From Promethearchaeota archaeon (lineage in GTDB: Archaea; Asgardarchaeota; Lokiarchaeia; Sigyniarchaeales; SOKP01), in NCBI GenBank assembly GCA_016930515.1, contig JAFGGO010000127.1, positions 1 to 13,394 of the forward strand: a stretch of DNA of 13,394 bases, in the 5' to 3' direction. The translations under genes were made by a program, and so were the position numbers. Below, piece by piece: positions 7,441 through 13,394 of this stretch (the stretch's first letter is position 1; every line of letters begins with the position of its first letter). Below the pieces are notes generated by a model. It saw only the letters and a program-made list of their open reading frames with translations, was not told where the DNA came from and made no database searches.

Positions 7441-8253
7441 TTACTCTTCTTCTTCTTCTTCTTCGTTTTCGTCTTCTTCTTCTTCGTCTTCTTCTTCGGT
7501 TTTTGCTTTGGCGTTAGAAGATTTTCGAGCGAGTTTTTTAACATTAATGCGTTCGCTTCTTCGAATTTCAGATTTTCTAGAACGCTTGATGTCAATCTCA
7601 ACGATTTCAAATTCGTCGTCGGGTACTTCCTTGTCTTCTCCACCTTCAGGAATTGAAATCAACTTGCTTTTAACTACGGTTGCGCTAGAAAGTGGATAAA
7701 TAGATTTAGCAATTCTTTGAATTTGATGCTGAAATTCGCCATAAACCATGCCTTTCACGAATTTTTCGTGGTTATATGATTTAGCAAATTCTTGCAAGAT
7801 TTCTCTCATTATCTTTCTAATGAGAATTTGTTGAGAAGAGCGAGCCCTTTTTATTGTTGTACAAATAGTTGTTACTCTAAAAATATATTTGTCTTTTGTT
7901 GTGATGTTTTGAATCGTTTGTATCTTGGTTGTACCACGCCCAATTAAGGATCTAATGAAGTCATTTGAATAGGTGTGACCAAAGAAAATGCTTTGACAGG
8001 TCTTTGCTTCTGCATTTAACGAAAGAACTTTGAATTTGAGTTTTAGATTGATATCCCTAAAAGAATCGGTAAAATCGAACAAAGACGTTTCAATCGTTCT
8101 TCCAACGATTGTGTTTTCAAGGCCCACGATCTCTCCAATAGGTTTATTGTTAAAACTTTTTGGAGCAATAACTTGAAACCAAGATTTTTCTCGGAAATCT
8201 GGTTTCTTCCTCGTACTTTTCTTTTTCGCTGTTTTTGGACTCATTTTGATCAT
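7441..8253 (-). CDS. rps3ae: 30S ribosomal protein S3Ae (eS1) with extended charged C-terminus
   Basis: KSWFQVIAPKSF, GRTIETSLFD, KLKFKV, FFGH...DFIRSLI, TKDKY.FRV, SSQQILIRKIM, KSIYPL. The true start may be ATG 8244 (GGAATGATC SD-like sequence upstream). Confidence 0.95.
   Translation of the reverse strand: MIKMSPKTAKKKSTRKKPDFREKSWFQVIAPKSFNNKPIGEIVGLENTIVGRTIETSLFDFTDSFRDINLKLKFKVLSLNAEAKTCQSIFFGHTYSNDFIRSLIGRGTTKIQTIQNITTKDKYIFRVTTICTTIKRARSSQQILIRKIMREILQEFAKSYNHEKFVKGMVYGEFQHQIQRIAKSIYPLSSATVVKSKLISIPEGGEDKEVPDDEFEIVEIDIKRSRKSEIRRSERINVKKLARKSSNAKAKTEEEDEEEEDENEEEEEEE
7444..7497 (-). repeat. Imperfect (GAA)n trinucleotide repeat encoding the poly-Glu tail of eS1
   Basis: Plus strand (TTC)n interrupted by GTC/GTT. 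Encodes EEEDEEEEDENEEEEEEE. Confidence 0.85.
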
Positions 8254-8277
8254 TCCATGTTAATAACTTATCTTCAT

Positions 8278-8736
8278 TTAGCGTGCAACAAGCGTCCTAA
8301 TCTTCTCTGGATCGTATTTGAAATCTGGAGCCAACACATCGCTTTTCTTGTAGTATTTAATTAATCTGTATATCTTAGACTCGGTTCTTTGCAATCCTTT
8401 CTTTCCCTCGAGGTCTTTGTGGTTATTTTCGAGGTGTTTCCTAATAGCAAGTGCTTTTTTGACCAAGAAAGTCAGATCTTCAGGGAGAGCTGATTCGATA
8501 TTGTTTTCATCGAGAATTTTACTTAATTTCTTTCCAGTAACGACTTTAACTAGAGGGACCCCATAGGAATCCCGTAATATCGTACCGATCATCGATTTAG
8601 TGTGACCTTTCTTGGCTAATTTAACAACGTCGTCCTCAACGTCTTTAGCAGAGCGTTCGACCCAAGCAGGCTTTTCCAGCCTAGATGGTCGAGTACTCCC
8701 GCTTTTTCCTTTCTTTCTAGAGTGAATGCGAGCCAT
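8278..8736 (-). CDS. rps15: 30S ribosomal protein S15 (uS15, archaeal/eukaryotic S13e type)
   Basis: MARIHSRKKGKSGSTRP, IGTILRDSYG, LPEDL..LVKKA..IRKHLE.N.KD, ESKIYRLIKYYK. Confidence 0.97.
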   Translation of the reverse strand: MARIHSRKKGKSGSTRPSRLEKPAWVERSAKDVEDDVVKLAKKGHTKSMIGTILRDSYGVPLVKVVTGKKLSKILDENNIESALPEDLTFLVKKALAIRKHLENNHKDLEGKKGLQRTESKIYRLIKYYKKSDVLAPDFKYDPEKIRTLVAR

Positions 8737-8869
8737 ATTACTACAGACTAATTTTGTTTGTTAAACAATTTATAATCGTGTTAATTTTAAAAGATAAGTA
8801 AAAAAGTAAAATAAGCAAAATAAAATTTGCGATTTTAGCATAAAAAAAAAAACAGAGATATTTATTGTA

Positions 8870-9457
8870 ATGAACGATAATAAAAAGCCTCTTTATTTCA
8901 TCACTGGAAACGACCATAAATTCGACGAAGTATATAAATCTTTTAGAGAAGAAAATATAAATTTCGACCTCTTACAATCAAAAATCGAAACGCTTGAAAT
9001 ACAAGCGAATACGATTAAAGAAGTAGCTGAATTTAAAATAAAAAGCGTGAAAGAAATATTTAAAGATTCATATTTCGTAGAAGACGCGGGATTCTTTGTA
9101 GAAGATCCTTTAAATGGGTTTCCAGGAGTTTACTCTTCCTATGCGTTTAAAACCATAGGAAACGATGGAATTTTAAAAATGATTGACGATTATCAATCCC
9201 CAAGGGCTCGCTTCGAAGCAATTATAGCACTTTATTACAAACCTACAAACTCCATCCATTATTTCAGAGGGGAAGTCAAGGGGAGCGTTTCGAAGTTAAA
9301 AAGAGGTACTGCAGGATTTGGCTTCGATCCAATATTTATTCCCGATGAGATTCCGAACAAGACTTTTTCGGAGTTATCAACCAAAGAGAAAAACCAAATA
9401 TCTCATAGGGGAAGAGCACTTGCTAAACTTATAGAATTTTTAAGAACACAGGTGTAA
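8870..9457 (+). CDS. rdgB: RdgB/HAM1 family dITP/XTP pyrophosphatase
   Basis: FITGNDHKFDE, EIQ, VEDAGF, LNGFPGVYS, GFGFDPIF, KTFSEL...EKNQISHRGRAL. Confidence 0.95.
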   Translation: MNDNKKPLYFITGNDHKFDEVYKSFREENINFDLLQSKIETLEIQANTIKEVAEFKIKSVKEIFKDSYFVEDAGFFVEDPLNGFPGVYSSYAFKTIGNDGILKMIDDYQSPRARFEAIIALYYKPTNSIHYFRGEVKGSVSKLKRGTAGFGFDPIFIPDEIPNKTFSELSTKEKNQISHRGRALAKLIEFLRTQV

Positions 9458-9549
9458 AATATTGATTCGTTTAAAATTCAGCTTTTTAAACAGAATGAGA
9501 AAATATTATAACATTTACAGAATTACTATAATAAAATAAGGAAAAAAAT

Positions 9550-9933
9550 ATGAGATTAAAAATGACCTGTACACACGGTTTAGACGATAACAATTGTCCT
9601 ATTTGTCGAATAGTGCGATCTACCGCACCAAATACGGACTTAGATCTGAAGAATGTTCGAAAGAATCCCTTGAAACCCGTTTTTAATAAAAAAAAAGAAG
9701 ATAATTCAATCAAAAGAGAAATTCTTCCAAGCCTAATGAGGGATAAAATATTGCTAAGGGCAAATTCCATCAATCTCGTTCCTGATATGAAATCACTTAA
9801 TTCTATACCTACCTTTGAAAATAGAATATTTCTTGAGAGGATAGAGGAGTTGGATCTAGGAAATATTGACAGGTATAAAATTTCAAGAAAAGAAAGGTTA
9901 ACTTCTCCTGAACTAAACTTGAAAAATGATTAA
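9550..9933 (+). CDS. Hypothetical protein with N-terminal CxHx6CxxC putative Zn-binding motif
   Basis: 127-aa ORF co-oriented with its neighbours and filling the gap between them. Contains CTHGLDDNNCPIC. Alternative start ATG 9562. Confidence 0.7.
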   Translation: MRLKMTCTHGLDDNNCPICRIVRSTAPNTDLDLKNVRKNPLKPVFNKKKEDNSIKREILPSLMRDKILLRANSINLVPDMKSLNSIPTFENRIFLERIEELDLGNIDRYKISRKERLTSPELNLKND

Positions 9934-10022
9934 TCGATATTTAGCGATTTTAAATAGTAACAAATAATACTCATAATTTTAAATGCTTGAACCCCTTATT
10001 AATATTTAATTTTATTACTTTA

Positions 10023-10030
10023 GAGGTGAT
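10023..10030 (+). promoter_or_regulatory. Shine-Dalgarno GAGGTGAT of MBL-fold gene
   Basis: Canonical archaeal SD ending 3 nt before ATG 10034. Confidence 0.7.
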
Positions 10031-10033
10031 TAA

Positions 10034-10672
10034 ATGGAAATTACATGGATGGGTCACGCAGGTTTTAGAATCGTAAACAAAGATGGAATGGTTGTATATA
10101 TTGATCCGTTCGAAATTCCTAAAGACGAAAAATTGAAAGCCGATATCGTCATTTCGTCTCACGGACATTACGATCATTTTGATCTTTCATCAATAGAAAA
10201 CTTGCGAAAGGAGGATACGAAAGTAATAGGACCAATCGGATTAATGTCAAATTTGAAAAAAATTGATGGGATAGTACTTAATTTTGGAGAATCGTACGAT
10301 TATAAGGGGTTTAAAATCGAACTGATACCTGGATATACTGCTAATAAAAATACACATCCTAAAAACGCAGGTGGAGCGGGTATCCTGTTAGAAACGGAAA
10401 ACATGATTGTTTATCATGCAGGTGATTCAGATAGAATTCCAGAAATGAAGGATTTAGCAAGCAGAAATATTAAAGTGGCATTATTGCCTTGTGGAGGTAC
10501 ATATACAATGGATATGGATATGGCTACTGATTGCGCACTTGATATCAAGCCTGAAATCGTCGTTCCAATGCATAATTGGAATAAAAACTTGAACGAATTT
10601 AAAACCCTCATGAAAAGTAAGGATCCAACCATACAAGTTGAAATTTTATTGGAAAAAAAATTATCTATTTAA
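10034..10672 (+). CDS. MBL-fold metallo-hydrolase (COG2220/UlaG-like)
   Basis: ITWMGHAGF, YIDPF, SHGHYDH (HxHxDH), HPK, YHAGDS, LLPCGGTYTM, VPMH. Confidence 0.92.
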   Translation: MEITWMGHAGFRIVNKDGMVVYIDPFEIPKDEKLKADIVISSHGHYDHFDLSSIENLRKEDTKVIGPIGLMSNLKKIDGIVLNFGESYDYKGFKIELIPGYTANKNTHPKNAGGAGILLETENMIVYHAGDSDRIPEMKDLASRNIKVALLPCGGTYTMDMDMATDCALDIKPEIVVPMHNWNKNLNEFKTLMKSKDPTIQVEILLEKKLSI

Positions 10673-10811
10673 ACTAATATTTTTTAATTTCTTCTTTTTT
10701 CATTCAGATAGAATTTTAAATAAAAAATGCCTATACATCTATTAATTTGGTAATAAATTAAGAAAATTACCAGATAAAAAACATAATAACAACCATAAAA
10801 ACTGATTGAGA

Positions 10812-12524
10812 ATGGAGATTGATCAAACACTTATAAATAGCACTGAAGTTGCATATATATCAATGGAAATTGCATTAGATAGTAGCATACCCACATATAG
10901 CGGCGGTTTGGGCGTTTTATCAGGAGATACCGTAAGATCTGCTGCTGATTTAGAAATCCCTATGGTAGCATTATGTTTATGTTATAGTTCGGGTTATTTT
11001 TATCAATTATTTAACGAAATGGGCGAACAAAAAGAAAAAGAAATCGAGTGGAACTTTTTTTACGAGTTTGAGAAGATACCCGAACCAATATCAATAAAGA
11101 TAGAAGACAAGGAAGTATTCATATCAGCTTGGCTTTATCGAGTCATAGGTCAATCAGGTCACGTCATTCCCGTATATTTGTTAACAACAGATGTCGAAGG
11201 AAATGAACCATGGATGAAAAAAATGACTGGTTCGCTATACGATTCGACATCGCGCTGGAATCGAATCGTCCAAGAAATGATCTTAGGAATCGGAGGCGTA
11301 AAACTGCTTAAATCTTTAGGATATGACAACCTTAAAGTATATCACTTAAACGAGGGGCACGGATCTTTCGCCGCACTAGAGCTATTAAAGCAAAATGGTG
11401 GAGATATGGAAAAGGTCAAACAAAAAATAGTTTTCACCACACACACTCCCGTTCCCGCCGGACACGATGTATTTGATTACGATTTGGTAAAGAAAGTGTT
11501 TTTAGATCGCATTCCGAGGAATATCAAGGATCTCGCCGGTCAGAATGAGCTTAACATGACAGTTCTCGCGCTAAATTTGAGTCGATATTGTAATGGAGTT
11601 GCTAAGAAACACGCCGAGATTTCTCGAAAAATGTTTCCTAATTACCAGATCGACCATATAACAAACGGCGTTCATTTGCCTTTTTGGGTATCCAAACCAA
11701 TGCGAAAGATTTTTACTAAAAAATGGCCAAACTGGAGGGCTAATCCTTATGTACTACAAAATTCTTTGGAACTCGACGATCTAGATGTATTTGACGCACA
11801 CATTGAAAATAAATTTAACCTGATAAGTTATCAAAAAGGCCACAGTTGGAATCTTTTAGACGAAGAGCTGATCACGATTGGTTTCGCTCGAAGATTTGCC
11901 ACCTACAAGCGTGCTGTTTTAATATTTAGAGACATCGATAGACTTGGGAGGATTTGTCGAGGAAAAATCCAATTCATTTTTTCGGGTAAAGCGCATCCAA
12001 AAGACGAGATGGGTAAGAACTATATTAAGAAGATCTTTGAATCGGGCCAATATTTATTCGATAACTATGGAGTTAAGGTCGTTCTCATGGAAAATTACAA
12101 CATGGACCTATCTCACATGCTCGTATCAGGAGTTGATGTGTGGCTTAACACACCAAATAGGTATCGAGAAGCGAGCGGAACGAGTGGCATGAAAGCAGCG
12201 TTAAACGGCGTCTTGAATTTAAGCGTTTTAGATGGGTGGTGGTTGGAAGGATATAAGATGAACGACCTTGCAGGATGGGCCATTGGACCCGATGATTCTG
12301 ACCCAAATGCAGCTAAAAACGACTGGGACATAGACGCAAATTACATATATGAGTTGTTAGAAAAACAGATCATACCAGCATACATGGACCACGACACCTG
12401 GATCTTCAGGCAAAAAAACGCTATTTCATTAGCGGCGTACTTTAACACACATAGAATGGTTGAAGAATACGCAAAAAAAGCCTACAAGCTCGTAAAACAA
12501 AGGCCGTGGAAGTTCCAAGGATAA
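10812..12524 (+). CDS. glgP: Alpha-glucan (glycogen/maltodextrin) phosphorylase, GT35
   Basis: AYISMEI...YSGGLGVLSGD, QEMILGIGG, HLNEGH, FTTHTPVPAGHD, ITNGVH, GFARRFATYKR, GKAHPKD, PLP-lysine motif EASGTSGMKAALNG, LDGWW, FNTHRMVEEY. ATG 10812 preferred over TTG 10806. Confidence 0.95.
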   Translation: MEIDQTLINSTEVAYISMEIALDSSIPTYSGGLGVLSGDTVRSAADLEIPMVALCLCYSSGYFYQLFNEMGEQKEKEIEWNFFYEFEKIPEPISIKIEDKEVFISAWLYRVIGQSGHVIPVYLLTTDVEGNEPWMKKMTGSLYDSTSRWNRIVQEMILGIGGVKLLKSLGYDNLKVYHLNEGHGSFAALELLKQNGGDMEKVKQKIVFTTHTPVPAGHDVFDYDLVKKVFLDRIPRNIKDLAGQNELNMTVLALNLSRYCNGVAKKHAEISRKMFPNYQIDHITNGVHLPFWVSKPMRKIFTKKWPNWRANPYVLQNSLELDDLDVFDAHIENKFNLISYQKGHSWNLLDEELITIGFARRFATYKRAVLIFRDIDRLGRICRGKIQFIFSGKAHPKDEMGKNYIKKIFESGQYLFDNYGVKVVLMENYNMDLSHMLVSGVDVWLNTPNRYREASGTSGMKAALNGVLNLSVLDGWWLEGYKMNDLAGWAIGPDDSDPNAAKNDWDIDANYIYELLEKQIIPAYMDHDTWIFRQKNAISLAAYFNTHRMVEEYAKKAYKLVKQRPWKFQG

Positions 12525-12609
12525 CTCCTTAAAATAAAATGATTTACTTCTTTTTTAAGTTTAAGAATTTTTGAAAATAAAAGCAGTAATGAAAACAAAG
12601 AAAATTGTT

Positions 12610-12941
12610 TTAATAATAAAGAACCATTTCATCGTTCTTAAAAAAGAATCCTACTTTAAAATAAAAAGGTTTTCCGTTTTTTGTAGCGTGTAACATTATC
12701 GTAATTAGGAGGTACGGTTCTAAAACACATTCCGCTTTTTCCTATGAGATCGTTTCCTTCAATAGTGAACCAAGCAATAAAATTACCATTAGATAAGTTT
12801 TCAGAAAAATAATTTGAAAGATTTTTTTAATTCATTTGTTATATTCTGATCTTTTTCCTGAGAAATTTGTTTTAAAAATTCGATTCTAAGCTTTACAAAA
12901 TCGTCAAGATCGTTGATGGATGCAAATCAGGTGTTAATCAC
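12610..12941 (-). pseudogene. GNAT family N-acetyltransferase pseudogene
   Basis: Manual translation in three frames: (GTG)INT*FASINDLDDFVKLRIEFLKQ...ELKK / LSNYFSENLSNGNFIAWFTIEGNDLIGKSGMCFRTVPPNYDNVT / LHATKNGKPFYFKVGFFFKNDEMVLYY*. In-frame TGA at 12929-12927, frameshift near 12820, internal deletion at ~12690. Confidence 0.8.
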
Positions 12942-13013
12942 GAGTTTTAAAATTAACCAGATAATTTAAATGTAAATTTTTTACGAAGAACTAAATATTA
13001 GAAAAATCGTTTA

Positions 13014-13394
13014 TTATATTTTAAAGAAGAATCTTCCCGAATTCCTAATATAATCTTCATAAATCTTTCCAAAACGGTCTAATAAAATTTTTTCTTCTTG
13101 AAGTGCTTGAAAATAAATTCCAATAACCCCAATAATATACAAAGGGATTAACTGCCATATGAGTATAATGAATAGAAAACCGATGCAAATGATATAAAAA
13201 GAGAGATATATTGGATGTCGTATCTTTCTATAAATTCCACTAGTCACTAAGTTTTGTTTTTTTTGAGGATGATCAATGGGGTATGCCCAGTTTTCACCCA
13301 GTTCACGGTAAGCAAAAAATAGGGAAATATTTCCTATTAATGTAAATGAAAAACCAATTGTTTGCATTAATTCTGAAATAAAGGGAAATTCTAG
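13014..13394 (-). CDS. Isoprenylcysteine carboxyl methyltransferase / PEMT family membrane protein (5' partial)
   Basis: LGENW, LVTSGIYRKIRHPIY, hydrophobic segments, EEKIL..RFG..YEDY....GRFF. The frame stays open from 13367 to the window edge (LEFPFISEL-MQ), so the start probably lies outside the window. Confidence 0.88.
   Translation of the reverse strand, partial: LEFPFISELMQTIGFSFTLIGNISLFFAYRELGENWAYPIDHPQKKQNLVTSGIYRKIRHPIYLSFYIICIGFLFIILIWQLIPLYIIGVIGIYFQALQEEKILLDRFGKIYEDYIRNSGRFFFKI

Noticed and set aside
7421-7699. 92-aa poly-Ser ORF whose ATG overlaps the glmU stop (TAATG), resembling translational coupling
   Set aside because: It lies almost entirely antisense to rps3ae, and the poly-Ser is the shadow of the (GAA)n poly-Glu tract. 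The 7338..7643 poly-Lys ORF is an alternative-frame shadow of the same repeat.
8754-8768. Inverted repeat TTGTTT-GTT-AAACAA in the rps15/rdgB divergent promoter
   Set aside because: 6-bp AT-rich arms are not distinguishable from background.
1246-12331. Other small track ORFs (1246-1470, 1577-1792, 2357-2611, 4025-4210, 4270-4524, 5729-5932, 8173-8364, 9486-9773, 9971-10177, 10414-10632, 11944-12192, 12113-12331)
   Set aside because: All overlap better-supported genes in antisense or alternative frames and show no recognisable motifs.
12927-12929. In-frame TGA as possible selenocysteine/readthrough codon
   Set aside because: It falls where Arg, not Cys, is expected, and the same gene also has a frameshift and a deletion, so ordinary pseudogenisation explains it.
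12525-13013. Long ORF-free gap as possible ncRNA locus
   Set aside because: No GC-rich stems or tRNA/SRP/RNase P motifs were seen, and most of the gap is explained by the GNAT pseudogene.

Overview
AT-rich archaeal chromosomal window, most likely from an Asgard archaeon (Lokiarchaeia/Promethearchaeota-like). That assignment is inferred from archaeal uS15/eS1 plus two longin/roadblock-type proteins. In order, the window holds: NikR with a long His-rich insertion; a 65-aa short-alpha3 histone resembling face-to-face/bacterial-type histones; a Gfo/Idh/MocA oxidoreductase; a putative longin+roadblock fusion protein; a radical SAM protein; a putative tandem (di-)longin protein followed by GlmU; rps3ae (eS1, with a long charged C-terminal tail) and rps15; RdgB/HAM1; an orphan with a C-x-H-x6-C-x2-C motif; an MBL-fold hydrolase; a compact alpha-glucan phosphorylase; a GNAT pseudogene missed by the ORF track; and a 5'-truncated ICMT/PEMT-family methyltransferase. 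No rRNA, tRNA, CRISPR array or mobile element was seen. The most interesting items are the atypical histone, the two multi-domain longin/roadblock proteins and the His-loaded NikR. All family calls come from motif recognition by eye, not database searches.
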